Assembly: GCA_050250895.1 (NCBI GenBank) | Contig: JBFWNU010000006.1 | Span: 183,513-247,512, forward strand | Source: Vulcanimicrobiota bacterium | GTDB taxonomy: Bacteria; Vulcanimicrobiota; Xenobia; Xenobiales; JADMJV01 | Reading direction: 5' to 3' | DNA: 64,000 nucleotides | In this document: one piece after another, positions 1 through 9,908 of the stretch | How positions within the stretch are numbered: position 1 is the stretch's first letter | Layout: every line of letters starts with the position of its first letter | Made by a program: the position numbers and the translations under genes | Notes under the pieces: model-generated | Databases searched by the model: none | Told to the model about the DNA's origin: nothing | What the model saw: the letters and a program-made list of their open reading frames with translations, nothing else

Positions 1-345
1 ATAAGAGCGTGTGTAGTAGGTCTGACCGGCAATCTCGACCTTCACCGGAGGAATGGTTAGCTGCCCGGCGCGGGTGGGCTGAATCAGATAGCCATACTCG
101 TCGCTGGCCGTCATCTGACCGTTGGTGGTGACATAGCTCTGTTGGCGGCTGATCAGGCGGACGTAGGCTCCTGGGATGGTCGGCTCCTCGATGTTGGCCG
201 AGCCCATCCCGCCCGAGACGCGGACCGTCAGGACGGCCGCTTCGCCAACGCCCAGGCTGGTGCGATCCAGGCTGGCGCTGACTTGCGGTCCCTGGGCTAG
301 AGCGGGCCAGCTAAACAGCAGGAGCAGCCACAGGACCCGCTTCAC
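1..345 (-). CDS. batD: BatD-family secreted protein, N-terminal part (runs off the window edge)
   Basis: GTG at 345 overlaps the batC stop (GTGA). Translates VKRVLWLLLFSWPALAQGPQVSASLDRTSLGVGEAAVLTVRV...YGYLIQPTRAGQLTIPPVKVEIAGQTYYT: signal peptide plus BatD-like Ig repeat. Last gene of the Bat operon; not in the ORF track. Confidence 0.8.
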   Translation of the reverse strand, partial: MKRVLWLLLLFSWPALAQGPQVSASLDRTSLGVGEAAVLTVRVSGGMGSANIEEPTIPGAYVRLISRQQSYVTTNGQMTASDEYGYLIQPTRAGQLTIPPVKVEIAGQTYYTRSY

Positions 346-1121
346 CAGGTCTCGGTTCCTTTGGGCGGTCTGGCCTGACGCACCCGCGCTTTGGGGGCGT
401 CTTTGTCTTCCTTCTGCTGGAAGTATTGCAGCAAGCGCTCGGCGTCTTGCTTGCTCATTTGCGGCTCTTGAGGCTGGGGCTGCTTGCTCTGGTCTTTGTC
501 CTTTTGGTCCTGGTCGTCCTTGTTCTGGTCCTTATCCTGGTCCTTGTTCTTATCCTGGTCCTTGTTTTTGTTCTTGTCTTTGTCTTTGTCTTTGTCTTGA
601 TTCTTGTCTTGCTTGTCCTGGTTCTTATCCTGATCGTCTTGCTGGTCTTTGTCTTTGTTCTTATCTTTATCTTTATCCTGATTCTTCTTGTCTTGGTCGT
701 TTTGATTCTGATTCTTCTGTTTGAGCAACTGTTCGATATTGTAGCGGGCGTCGTCATCGAGTTCGTTCCAGCGCAGGGCTATCTTATAGGCTTCGAGGGC
801 TTCGTCGTTCTTCTTTTGCTGGAACAGGGCGTTGCCCTCATTGTAGGCGGCTCGGCCCACGAATTCGGGATCGCGGGCCTCGACCAGCCGATGAAAGAGT
901 TCTCCGGCTTCTTTATATTGGCCCTGGCGATAGAGGCTGGTGGCCAGGTTGTAGGTGGCCCGGGCATCCTCTGGTCTCTCCTTGAGGGCCTGGCGATAGA
1001 ACTTCTCGGCTTCGGCCGGCTTATCCGAGCGCATGGCCTGGTCACCCTGCCATAGCTGGCTGGGATACCAGGCCAGGGCCGGCGAGCTGAGCAGCAACAA
1101 CACCAGCAGCAGGCGCGTCAT
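342..1121 (-). CDS. batC: BatC-like TPR protein with D/K/Q/N low-complexity linker
   Basis: Signal peptide, TPR motifs (YNLATSLYRQGQY, YNEGNALF), DKDKNKDQ tract, C-terminal MSKQDAERLL...ETW typical of BatC; operon position. Confidence 0.8.
   Translation of the reverse strand: MTRLLLVLLLLSSPALAWYPSQLWQGDQAMRSDKPAEAEKFYRQALKERPEDARATYNLATSLYRQGQYKEAGELFHRLVEARDPEFVGRAAYNEGNALFQQKKNDEALEAYKIALRWNELDDDARYNIEQLLKQKNQNQNDQDKKNQDKDKDKNKDKDQQDDQDKNQDKQDKNQDKDKDKDKNKNKDQDKNKDQDKDQNKDDQDQKDKDQSKQPQPQEPQMSKQDAERLLQYFQQKEDKDAPKARVRQARPPKGTETW
480..720 (-). repeat. Coding low-complexity short repeats encoding the (DK/DQ/NK)n linker of batC
   Basis: Repeated ttgtct, ttatcc and ttgttc hexamers on the + strand. 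Confidence 0.85.
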
Positions 1122-2113
1122 TGGGACACCAGCGTCTTTCTGCCGGCCAGGGCCTGGGCCAGCACGAATACGACCAGGGTCAGGGCCAGAAAGATCTGAA
1201 ATCGGTCTTGATAGCGCAGCATCATCTGGCTCTCGAGGGCCTGGCGCTCGGAGTTGTTGATGGCCTTGACGATGGGCGCCAGGGGCTCGGCCCGACCATC
1301 AGCTCGGGTAAACACGCCGCCGGTCAATTCGGCCATCTCGCGCAGGGTCTTCTCATCGAGCTTGCTGATCACGGTGTTGCCCTGGTCGTCGCGCACATAG
1401 CCGCCGTAAGGGGCAGGAATCTTGGCGCCCTCGGGGCTGCCGATGCCCACGCAGTAGAGGACGACCCCTTTACGAGCTGCCTCCTTGGCGGCCTCGATGG
1501 GTTCGCTGTGGTGGTCTTCTCCGTCGGTGAGCAAGACGATGGCCCGGGCGTGATCTCCATCCTGCGGAAAGCCCGTCAGAGCCAGCCTTACTGCGTCTCC
1601 GATGGCGGTGCCGGGCACCTGAACTGCTTGCTGGTCGAGTTGGCGCAAGAAGAGCTGGGTGGCTCCGACATCGAGGGTGAGGGGACAGAAGACGAAGGCC
1701 GAGCCGGCAAAGCCGATCAGGCCCATGCGGTTGCCCTGCAGCTGGTCACTCAGGCGCGAGAGCTCGCGTTTGGCCGATTCCATTCGGTCGGGGTCGAGAT
1801 CGCGGGCGGCCATGCTGGTCGAGCAGTCTACCACGAAGAAGATGTCGATAGCCTGGCGCTCGACCTTGACCATCTCCGAACCCCATTGGGGGCCGGCCAG
1901 GGTGAAGATCAGGCAGGCCAATCCGAGCAGCCGCAAGAGCAGCACCAGATAGGCCGTGCGGCGATCGTAGCCTTCGGCCAGCCGGGCCAGCATGGGGTGC
2001 TGCATGAACTGGGAAATGATGTTCTCGCGCTCACGCTCACGCAAGTAGAGAAACACTCCCAGGAAGGCCCAGGGAATCAGCAGCAGCAGAACCCACGGGG
2101 TGGCTAAATTCAC
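1118..2113 (-). CDS. batB: BatB-like VWA membrane protein
   Basis: N-terminal TM segments, AGPQWG, MIDAS DCSTS, LLTDGED. Confidence 0.85.
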   Translation of the reverse strand: MNLATPWVLLLLIPWAFLGVFLYLRERERENIISQFMQHPMLARLAEGYDRRTAYLVLLLRLLGLACLIFTLAGPQWGSEMVKVERQAIDIFFVVDCSTSMAARDLDPDRMESAKRELSRLSDQLQGNRMGLIGFAGSAFVFCPLTLDVGATQLFLRQLDQQAVQVPGTAIGDAVRLALTGFPQDGDHARAIVLLTDGEDHHSEPIEAAKEAARKGVVLYCVGIGSPEGAKIPAPYGGYVRDDQGNTVISKLDEKTLREMAELTGGVFTRADGRAEPLAPIVKAINNSERQALESQMMLRYQDRFQIFLALTLVVFVLAQALAGRKTLVSQ

Positions 2114-3099
2114 GGCACCTCCCGATAACGCGTGTAGGCCAGCAGCATCGCCCCTGCCAGCAGCAGGCCGCCGGGGCCCACCAGATAGACGAACAGTTCT
2201 CGATAGCGGGTGACCTTCTCACGCGGAGTCTCGGTCTTCTCGAGCTGGTCGATCTCACGATAGACGTTGGTGAGGCTACGGTTGTCGGTGGCCCGAAAAT
2301 ACTTGCCCCCGGTGGCCTGGGCAATGCGGGTAAGGGTTTCGTCGTCAATGTCGACCCGCACCGATTGCGAGGTCTGGATGCCGAGCGGGCCGGTCACCGT
2401 ATAGGGAGCTACCCCGGTCGTGCCCACCCCGATGGTATAGATGCGCAGGCCGAACTGGTTGGCCAGCTGAGCCGCCGAGATGGGGTCGATCTCGCCGGCA
2501 TTGTTGCGCCCGTCGGTGAGCAGGATGATGACCTTGCTCTTGCCGGGCACGTCCTTGAGGCGATTGACACAAGTCGCCAGGGCCGTGCCGATGGCCGTGC
2601 CGTCGACGCCCGTGATGCCCGGGGCGATGGAGTCGAGCAACAACCCCACCGTCGAGTGATCCGCGGTGAGCGGGCACTGGGTGTAGGCCACACCGGCATA
2701 GACCACTACTCCGATCCGATCATCGGGACGCGAGTTGACGAACGACTTGCTGACCTCCTTGGCCGCCGCCAGCCGGTTCGGCACCAGATCCTGCGCCTCC
2801 ATGCTCGAAGAGGTGTCGATGCAGAGCATGATGTCGATGCCCTCGGACGTGATGTTTTGAGTCCCCAGGCCGGCCTGGGGCCGGGCCAGACCCACGATCA
2901 AGAGAGCCATTCCCAGAGCCCCCAGGGCCAGGGGAATGTGCCCCTCCCAAACCGGGCGGGCGGCGCTCGACCAGTCGACCAGGCCCAGATCCGAGTAACC
3001 TACCGCTGGCTTGCGGCGCTTGGACTGGCGCACCTGGTGATAAAGCAAGGCCAGCAGCAGCGGCAACAACAACAGATAATAGGGATCAGCCAGGCGCAT
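2110..3099 (-). CDS. batA: BatA-like VWA membrane protein
   Basis: LARPQ, MIDAS DTSSS, GTAIG, LLTDG-NN, IYTIGVG. Confidence 0.88.
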   Translation of the reverse strand: MRLADPYYLLLLPLLLALLYHQVRQSKRRKPAVGYSDLGLVDWSSAARPVWEGHIPLALGALGMALLIVGLARPQAGLGTQNITSEGIDIMLCIDTSSSMEAQDLVPNRLAAAKEVSKSFVNSRPDDRIGVVVYAGVAYTQCPLTADHSTVGLLLDSIAPGITGVDGTAIGTALATCVNRLKDVPGKSKVIILLTDGRNNAGEIDPISAAQLANQFGLRIYTIGVGTTGVAPYTVTGPLGIQTSQSVRVDIDDETLTRIAQATGGKYFRATDNRSLTNVYREIDQLEKTETPREKVTRYRELFVYLVGPGGLLLAGAMLLAYTRYREVP

Positions 3100-4000
3100 C
3101 GGTGGGCTCCTCTATCTGGGTGCCGACGATGAGGGCGCGGGTGCGACGCAGTTCGGTGCGCCCCTCTTCCTGGTCGGGCTCGCGCTGGGCGAATTTGGCC
3201 AGGTCGGCCAGGCCCAGCACCGTCTTGACATCGCGCCGCAGCTCTTCGTCGTATTCGCCACGGCGCAGGTCGGCCAGCAACTCTGAGGTCGTCCGCTCGA
3301 GCACGGGGATCGAGAAACGGGCGGCCAGATACGAGCGCAGAATGGCCGATAGCCGGTCCGCAAATTCTTGACCCTGGCCGTTCTCGAGCAGGCGCTCTCG
3401 CTCGAGCTCTTCTAACCGGCGCAGGGCGATGACGTGGGCTGGCTCGGGCGGGGGAGTGGGCTTTTCCGCCTGACGCCGCGCCAACAGCTTGCCTAGCCGC
3501 CAGCCCAGCCCGAGCAAACCGGCCGCGACGGTCACCAGCAGCAGGTACACCCAGAGCGGAATTGGCATCGGGTCATAGGCTTTGAGATCGCGAATCTGGC
3601 CTGCTTTGTCTCCGGGTTTGGGCGTCGAGCCGGTCAGTTTGACAGGGAGTTCCCGGGTCGAGACGCTGGACTTGCCCAAACGAAAGGTCAGGGCCGGAAT
3701 CTTGAAGTCCCCCGGCTCGTAGCGGGCCAGTTTGAGGGTGTAACGGTAACGGTCGCGGCCTGCCTCTTTGGGCAAGGCGTTGAGCACCGCGTCGCGTACC
3801 TCGAACCCCTCGACCTTGAGCTTCTCGGGAGGCGGGGGCTCGAAGCTCTGGCCGGGCTCAACCGCCAGGTCGACCACCAGACGCAAGGTGGTGCCGAACG
3901 GAGCGGTCGAGGGAGAAACCTCGGCCTCCACCGACAAGGGGGCGGACCAGGCCGGTACGACCAACCACAGCCAGAGCAACAAAATCCCCAGCCGTCTCAT
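3086..4000 (-). CDS. Bat-operon membrane protein (BatD-like Ig domain, TM, DUF4381-like C-terminus)
   Basis: Signal peptide, Ig-like domain, TM, then ERTTSELL...ADLAKFA motif; lies between DUF58 and batA. Confidence 0.7.
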   Translation of the reverse strand: MRRLGILLLWLWLVVPAWSAPLSVEAEVSPSTAPFGTTLRLVVDLAVEPGQSFEPPPPEKLKVEGFEVRDAVLNALPKEAGRDRYRYTLKLARYEPGDFKIPALTFRLGKSSVSTRELPVKLTGSTPKPGDKAGQIRDLKAYDPMPIPLWVYLLLVTVAAGLLGLGWRLGKLLARRQAEKPTPPPEPAHVIALRRLEELERERLLENGQGQEFADRLSAILRSYLAARFSIPVLERTTSELLADLRRGEYDEELRRDVKTVLGLADLAKFAQREPDQEEGRTELRRTRALIVGTQIEEPTDAPG

Positions 4001-4914
4001 GCCCGGGCCTTTCGGCGCGCTTGTTTGCGGGCAAAGAACCTCACCAGGTTTTGGACCGGGGCCTGGTCCGTGGCGTACTCGGCATAGTCGACACGAGCGG
4101 CCTCGAAGACCTTGCGTAGACCCAGTTGGCGTTTATCCACCTGCTGTTGAAAATTCTGTTGAAAGCCGGGGTCGTTGGTGTCGAGCAACACCGTCTTGCC
4201 GCTCTCGAGGTCTTTGAGGCGGATGCGGCCCACCGCCGGAATTTGTTGCTCGCGAGGGTCGTAAAGGCGAAAGGCCGACAGGTCGTGGCGCCGGCCGGTG
4301 AGCCGCAGCATGCGCACGGCTGTGTCACGCTCCTTCTCCAAATCGGCAAACGGCGAGCCCAGAAAGTCCGAGAGCACGAACACCAGGGCTCGGCGTTTGT
4401 GCACGCGATTGAGCCGGGACAGCGCCTGGCCCAGGTTGGTGCCACGCCCCTCGGCCGGCGGCGCCAGAATCTCGCGAATCAGCCGCAAAACGTGACGCCG
4501 GCCTTTGCCGGGGGGGATGTACTCGTCGACCTCGTCAGAAAAGAGCATCAAGCCGATCTTGTCGTTGTTGACCAGGGCCGAGAAGGCCAGAATCGCTCCG
4601 ATCTCGCCGGCCAACTCGCGCTTGCTTTGCTGGCCGCTCCCGAAGGTGAGCGAGCCGCTGTTGTCGACCACCAGCATCATGGCCAGTTCGCGCTCTTCTT
4701 CATTGCGTTTGACGAAGGGGCGGCCAAAGCGGGCGGTGACGTTCCAATCGATGTTGCGCACATCGTCGCCGGGCAGATATTCGCGAAACTCGGCAAATTC
4801 GATACCGCGCCCTTTGAACAGGCTCTCGTACTGACCGGCAAAGACTTGCTCGACCAGCTTCGAGGTCACGATCTCGATGCGGCGGATTTTCTTGCGAATA
4901 TCCTCGGCCGACAT
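3997..4914 (-). CDS. DUF58 domain protein
   Basis: GRGIEFAEFREYLPGDDVRNIDWNVTAR signature; ATG at 4914 overlaps the moxR stop (TGATG). Confidence 0.92.
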   Translation of the reverse strand: MSAEDIRKKIRRIEIVTSKLVEQVFAGQYESLFKGRGIEFAEFREYLPGDDVRNIDWNVTARFGRPFVKRNEEERELAMMLVVDNSGSLTFGSGQQSKRELAGEIGAILAFSALVNNDKIGLMLFSDEVDEYIPPGKGRRHVLRLIREILAPPAEGRGTNLGQALSRLNRVHKRRALVFVLSDFLGSPFADLEKERDTAVRMLRLTGRRHDLSAFRLYDPREQQIPAVGRIRLKDLESGKTVLLDTNDPGFQQNFQQQVDKRQLGLRKVFEAARVDYAEYATDQAPVQNLVRFFARKQARRKARA

Positions 4915-5906
4915 CAAGGCACCTCGATCTTGTCGAAGACCTGCCAGAGAAGAGCTTCCGAGTCCATCTCTTCGGCCTCGGCTTCGTAGCTGGGGATGAC
5001 CCGGTGGCGCAGCACGTCAAATCCGATGGACTTGACATCGTCGGGAGTGGCGAAGGCTCGTCCCCGCAGCAGGGCGTAGGCACGCGCAGCCTTGGCCAGA
5101 CAGATGCTGGCTCGAGGCGAGGCCCCGCAGGAGATGAGCGGAGCCAGGCGAGCCATGTCGAATTTCTTGGGTTCTCGGGTCGCCAGCACCAGGTCCAGGA
5201 TATAGTTCTTCACCTTGTCGTCGAGATAGATGAAGGGCACCAGCGAGCGCAACTCGAGCAGTTGCTCTTTCTTGAGCACGGCCTCGGCGGTGGGGAGCTG
5301 ATGGCCCGTCATGCGGTCGATGATCTGAAACTCTTCTTCGCGACTGGGATAGCCCATCTTGATCTTGAGCATGAAGCGGTCCACCTGGGCTTCGGGTAGA
5401 GGATAGGTGCCCTCTTGTTCAATGGGGTTCTGGGTGGCCATGACCAGAAAAGGTTGGGGAAGCCGAAAAGTCTCTTCGCCGATGGTCACCTGCTGCTCTT
5501 GCATCGCCTCGAGCAAGGCGCTCTGGACCTTGGCCGGGGCCCGGTTGATCTCGTCGGCCAGCACCAGATTGGCAAAGACGGGACCCTTCTTGACCGAGAA
5601 TTCGCCCGAACGGGGATTGTAGATGGTGGTGCCGACCAGGTCGGCCGGCAGCAGGTCGGGAGTGAACTGAATCCGGGCAAATTCGGCCGAAAGGGTGTCG
5701 GCCAGTGTCTTGAAGGTGAGGGTCTTGGCCAGACCCGGCACACCTTCGAGCAACACGTGCCCCCCGGCTAGAAGCCCTACCAGTATGCGCTCGATGACCT
5801 CGGACTGACCCACGATGACTTTACCCAGCTCGCTTTGCAGCGCTCGGAAAAAAGTACCCGCGCGGTCGATGGTCTCCTGGATGTTGTCAACCTTGGTTCC
5901 AGACAT
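4914..5906 (-). CDS. moxR: MoxR-family AAA+ ATPase
   Basis: LLEGVPGLAKT, RIQFTPDLLPAD, LADEINRA, ATQNPIEQEGTYPLPEAQ.DRF. Confidence 0.96.
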   Translation of the reverse strand: MSGTKVDNIQETIDRAGTFFRALQSELGKVIVGQSEVIERILVGLLAGGHVLLEGVPGLAKTLTFKTLADTLSAEFARIQFTPDLLPADLVGTTIYNPRSGEFSVKKGPVFANLVLADEINRAPAKVQSALLEAMQEQQVTIGEETFRLPQPFLVMATQNPIEQEGTYPLPEAQVDRFMLKIKMGYPSREEEFQIIDRMTGHQLPTAEAVLKKEQLLELRSLVPFIYLDDKVKNYILDLVLATREPKKFDMARLAPLISCGASPRASICLAKAARAYALLRGRAFATPDDVKSIGFDVLRHRVIPSYEAEAEEMDSEALLWQVFDKIEVP

Positions 5907-6033
5907 GCGCCCCTATTCTAGTGCCGGACAGCCGGCCCTCCTCCTGAGATAGCCGGTTGGACCGTTAAAGCCGGAAAAGGTTTCCTGTCGTTTGCCCCTT
6001 GTGAGCCGGACGCACCTGGCATAAGATGGGCGG

Positions 6034-7362
6034 GTGAATCAGCTTCGCCTGGCCTTCGCCCCGCGCTTCGCGGGGCTTTTCTGGACCCAGTTCCTGGGGG
6101 CCTTGAACGACAACCTTTTCAAGAATGCCCTGGTCATCTTGCTGACCTTTCGCGGGTTGTCGCTGGGTGGGTATAATGCCGACCAGCTGGTGATCTTCTG
6201 CTCGGGGTTGTTCATCTTACCCTTTTTCCTCTTCTCGGCCAATGCCGGCCAGCTGGCCGACCGTTATGAAAAGAGCAGGACCATTCGCCGCCTGAAGGTG
6301 ATGGAGCTGGTCATCGCCGTGCTGGCCACCATCGGCTTGCTGACCACCCGGGTGGAGTTGTTGTTGCTGGTGCTGTTTGGATTTGCGCTACAATCGGCCT
6401 ATTTCAGCCCCCTAAAATACGGCATTCTGCCCCAGCTACTTCGCCCCAGCGAGCTGGTGGCTGGTAACGCCCTGATCGAGACGGCTACCAGTCTGGCCAT
6501 CCTGTTTGGGCTTTTGCTGGGGGGCGTGTTAGTCTGGTGGAACCCGGTGGCAGTTTGCGTGGCTGTCTGTGTGGTGGCTCTCCTGGGATTTCGCAGCAGC
6601 CGCACCATTCCGCGGGTGGCCATCGGCGCCCCCGACCTCGAGATCGATCCCCTCATTTGGCGACCCGCCTTCGAATGTCTGCGGCTGGCCCGCAAACGCC
6701 GTTCGGTTTTCACCTGCATCCTGGGCATCAGCTGGTTCTGGTTGTACGCCGGTAGCATCATCACCCTCTTGCCGCGTTATGGCAAAGAAGCCCTGGGAGC
6801 CAACGAACACGTGGTCACCTATTTGCTGGGCGTCTTTTCGGTGGGGGTGGCGATCGGCGCGCTGCTCTGCGAACGGTTCTCGAAGGGTCATATCAACCTT
6901 GGGCTGGCGCCCGTGGGTGCCTTCGGCATGTCGTTGTTTGGACTGGATTTGTGGTTGACCGGCCCCCTGGCCGGCGAAACCCCCATGCAGTTGGGTGATT
7001 TTCTCCATCTGGTCAGCGGCTATCGCGTGCAGTTCGATATGGTCGGCCTGGCCGTGGCCGCCGGTCTTTTTATCGTACCACTTTTTGCCCACATCCAGGG
7101 CCGGACCGACCGGGCCGTCCGGGCTCGGGTGGTAGCCGCCAACAACATTCTCAACGCCGGCTTCATGGTGGGCTCGGCCGTAGGACTGTTTTTTCTCGAG
7201 CGGGCCGGCCTGACCGTATGCCAGACGGTGGGTCTGCTGGCCGGGCTCAATCTAGTGGTGGCCGCCCTGGCAGCGCGCCTCGTTCCTTACCTGGATACAG
7301 GAGCTAGCTCTCCCGACGGGAATTCGTCCACTGATGGGCGAGGAGCTGGAGCGACTGCGTGA
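6034..7362 (+). CDS. MFS transporter, LplT/Aas-associated (lysophospholipid transporter-like) family
   Basis: FWTQFLGALNDNLFKNAL, PLKYGILPQ, RARVVAANNILNA motifs; many TM segments. Confidence 0.85.
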   Translation: MNQLRLAFAPRFAGLFWTQFLGALNDNLFKNALVILLTFRGLSLGGYNADQLVIFCSGLFILPFFLFSANAGQLADRYEKSRTIRRLKVMELVIAVLATIGLLTTRVELLLLVLFGFALQSAYFSPLKYGILPQLLRPSELVAGNALIETATSLAILFGLLLGGVLVWWNPVAVCVAVCVVALLGFRSSRTIPRVAIGAPDLEIDPLIWRPAFECLRLARKRRSVFTCILGISWFWLYAGSIITLLPRYGKEALGANEHVVTYLLGVFSVGVAIGALLCERFSKGHINLGLAPVGAFGMSLFGLDLWLTGPLAGETPMQLGDFLHLVSGYRVQFDMVGLAVAAGLFIVPLFAHIQGRTDRAVRARVVAANNILNAGFMVGSAVGLFFLERAGLTVCQTVGLLAGLNLVVAALAARLVPYLDTGASSPDGNSSTDGRGAGATA

Positions 7363-8512
7363 GGAGTTGGCGCGCGTAAGGGAGCATCGCGACGCCCTGG
7401 TGCGTCTCATTGATGCTTCGCCGGTGGCCATCCTGACCCTGGATACGCAGGGCAACGTGCGCAGCTGGAACCCGGCCGCCACTCGCATCTTCGGCTGGGA
7501 AAAGGACGAAGTGCTGGGAAAGCGCGCTCCCTTCGTGCCCGAAGACCGGGCTGCCGAGCACCAGGCCCACCACTCTACCCAGGTGGCCAGTGGCGCGCCG
7601 TTGCAAGAGCTCGAAGTGCGGCGGGCGCGCAAAGACGGACGCCTCATCGATGTCAGCGTGACCACCAGCCTGCTGCGCGACGCCAACGGTCAGGTGGTCG
7701 ACCTGATCGGCATCATCGCTGATATCACCCAGCGCAAGGAGGCCGAGAGGGCACTTTACGAGCTCAACGCGACCCTCGAGCAGAAAGTCGAGGAGCGCAC
7801 CCTCGAGCTGCGCGAGGCCATGGCCGACCTGGAATCGTTTTCCTATTCTGTCTCGCATGACTTGCGTTCACCCCTGCGAGCCCTGGATGGCTTCGCCCGG
7901 GCTTTGCAAGAGGATTATGAGGACAAGCTCGATGAGGATGGGTTGCATTATTTGAGTGTGATTGTGCGCAACGCGGCTCGCATGGGTACCCTGATCGATG
8001 ACCTGCTCGAGTTCTCGCGCACCTCGCGCCAGGAAATTCAGCGCTCCGAGGTGGACGTTAAAGCCCTGGTTCGCGAGATTTTCGACGACCTGCGTGAGCA
8101 GAACCGGCAAGAGGCCGAACTGGTGCTGGCCGAGTTGCCGCCCGCCAGGGTCGACCCTTCGCTTTTTCGTCAGGTCCTGATCAACCTCATCTCCAACGCC
8201 CTCAAATACAGCAGCAAGACCGACCTGCCCCGGGTAGAAGTCGGGTCCAAAGAAGAACCCGACCGCATTGTCTACCATGTGGCCGACAATGGGGTCGGGT
8301 TTGATCTCAAGTTCGCCGATAAGCTCTTCGGCGTCTTTCAGCGTCTGCACCGGGCCGACGAGTTCGAAGGCACCGGGGTCGGCCTGGCCATCGTAGCCCG
8401 GATCATCAAGCGCCACGGAGGCGAGATCTGGGCCGACGCCGAGCCCGGGCGCGGCGCGACCTTTTTCTTCTCGCTGCCGAGCGAGCCAGCAGCCAGCTCG
8501 AACCCAGCATAG
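7334..8512 (+). CDS. Cytoplasmic PAS-domain sensor histidine kinase
   Basis: PAS/PAC, H-box SVSHDLRSPL, NLISNALKY, DNGVG, GTGVGLAI. Confidence 0.93.
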   Translation: MGEELERLREELARVREHRDALVRLIDASPVAILTLDTQGNVRSWNPAATRIFGWEKDEVLGKRAPFVPEDRAAEHQAHHSTQVASGAPLQELEVRRARKDGRLIDVSVTTSLLRDANGQVVDLIGIIADITQRKEAERALYELNATLEQKVEERTLELREAMADLESFSYSVSHDLRSPLRALDGFARALQEDYEDKLDEDGLHYLSVIVRNAARMGTLIDDLLEFSRTSRQEIQRSEVDVKALVREIFDDLREQNRQEAELVLAELPPARVDPSLFRQVLINLISNALKYSSKTDLPRVEVGSKEEPDRIVYHVADNGVGFDLKFADKLFGVFQRLHRADEFEGTGVGLAIVARIIKRHGGEIWADAEPGRGATFFFSLPSEPAASSNPA

Positions 8513-9650
8513 CCAGTCCGAACAGGCCGAATGACGGTCCCGCGCCCAGGTGGTCGATGAACATCGGGGTCGACATCGAGCCGCCAAAGGCGGCCAGACA
8601 GGTGATCAAGTTCCAGGCTGCCTGCACTCGACCCATGGCTTCAGGGGGAGTGTTGGCCACCAGTCGTTGCTCGAGCTTGACCACCAGTACCCCCACCGCC
8701 CAGCCTCGCAACATCCACAGAGGCACCAGTTGCCAGAATTCGGTGGCCACGGCCGCGCCCAGGTACGAGACGGCCATGGCCGTCGATAACCAGGCCAGGG
8801 CGCCTTGATGGTGACCAAACCTCCAGGCCAGCCGCGTACCAATCGCTCCCGCCAGGCCGTTGGCGGCCATCAACCAGCCATTGTAGCGGGCCGGAACCCC
8901 TACCTGCTACTCGAGTAGGGCCAGCATGGTGGCAAAGCCGGCCATCGACAGAAAGGTCAGCATGAAGTCCATCACCGCCAGGCTGCGCAACTCGGTCGAG
9001 CCCAGCACCCGCTGCCAGCCCAGCCGCCAGTCCGGGCCCTGCAAGCCCTGCAGTCCTGGCCCCGGCCTGACCCAGGCCGGGGCCAGGATGATCAATACGA
9101 TGCCATAGGCCAGCAGATCGCAGACCAAAGCATGGCCCGGTGAGATGAAGGCCAACAAGACCCCCATCAACGCGGGCACGAACATCCGGATCAGGAAAGC
9201 CGCGGTGCCGGCGGCCGCCACCGCGGCCGTTAGTTCTGCCCCCTCCAGCAAGCGTCTGGTGAAGGCCGCCCGGGCCGGAGTAAAGAAGGCTCCGGCTACT
9301 CCGAGCAGCAGGGACAGTCCGAGAAATTGAGCCAGGCTGCCCTGGTGGGAACCTACCCACAGCAGAGCCACCAGGACCGCTTGCCTGGCCAGGGCGCAAG
9401 CCCGCAACTGGCGCTCGGGCGCGCCCCGGTCGGCCAGGCTGCCGGCCAGGGGGCTCAAGAGCCCGACCGCCAGGATCTCGCCGGCCATGGCCGCTCCCGC
9501 GTGGGCGACCTCTCCGGTTTGTTCATAGACGAACAGCGGAAAGGCAACCCACAGCGAAACCTCGCCGGCCTGAGCCAGGCAATCGGCCCAGAAGACGCGG
9601 GCAAAGATCGGGTTGTTACGCAACAAATGACAAAAGGAAATCTCGCTCAT
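8406..9650 (-). pseudogene. MFS transporter interrupted by one in-frame TAG at 8907-8909
   Basis: ORFs 8907..9662 and 8406..8873 are in the same frame: ...ATMLALLE*QVGVPARYNGWLMAANG... Motif A (AGSLADRG) and C-terminal MGRVQA; GAGG RBS before ATG 9650. Confidence 0.8.
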
Positions 9651-9713
9651 GACACACCTCAAGCGATAAAAAGACGGGGGGGCGGTCGCCCAGGCGACCG
9701 GGACGGTGTGGGG

Positions 9714-9779
9714 CTACAAACTAACGCGAAGTCGCTGCGGCCCGGGAGTCATCGTTGGGAAAGCTTTGTAATCAGACAT
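9714..9779 (-). CDS. Putative 21-aa leader or small peptide MSDYKAFPTMTPGPQRLRVSL
   Basis: GAGGAG 7 nt before ATG 9779; lies downstream of a near-consensus promoter and upstream of a hairpin and the MFS gene. Confidence 0.55.
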   Translation of the reverse strand: MSDYKAFPTMTPGPQRLRVSL

Positions 9780-9856
9780 TCTATGACTCCTCTCGAGCGA
9801 GGGCCCGCCGCCAGCCACGATTGGGCCTGGTGAGCGGACGCCCTGTTGGTCTCAAG

Positions 9857-9885
9857 ATGATATTATACCAACCAATATTTGTCAA
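9857..9885 (-). promoter_or_regulatory. sigma70-type promoter TTGACA-N17-TATCAT
   Basis: Perfect -35, 17-nt spacer, 5/6 match at -10, in an AT-rich patch. Confidence 0.75.
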
Positions 9886-9888
9886 GGC

Positions 9889-9908
9889 TGTGGACAACCT
9901 GGGGAAAA
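9889..9908. promoter_or_regulatory. Possible tandem DnaA-box pair
   Basis: TGTGGACAA-cc-TGGGGAAAA: 1 and 2 mismatches to TGTGGATAA, abutting the -35. Confidence 0.4.

Noticed and set aside
480-720. Repeat tract considered as a CRISPR or ncRNA array
   Set aside because: Codon-phased low-complexity coding sequence with no repeat-spacer structure.
426-1055. Very hydrophobic poly-L/V/I ORF on the + strand
   Set aside because: Antisense shadow of the D/K/Q/N repeat in batC.
1-5906. MoxR-VWA-TPR cluster as a novel system
   Set aside because: Matches the already described Bat/MoxR operon organisation.
8907-8909. Genetic-code reassignment of TAG
   Set aside because: Single case; TAG terminates sucC, sucD and others at their expected ends.
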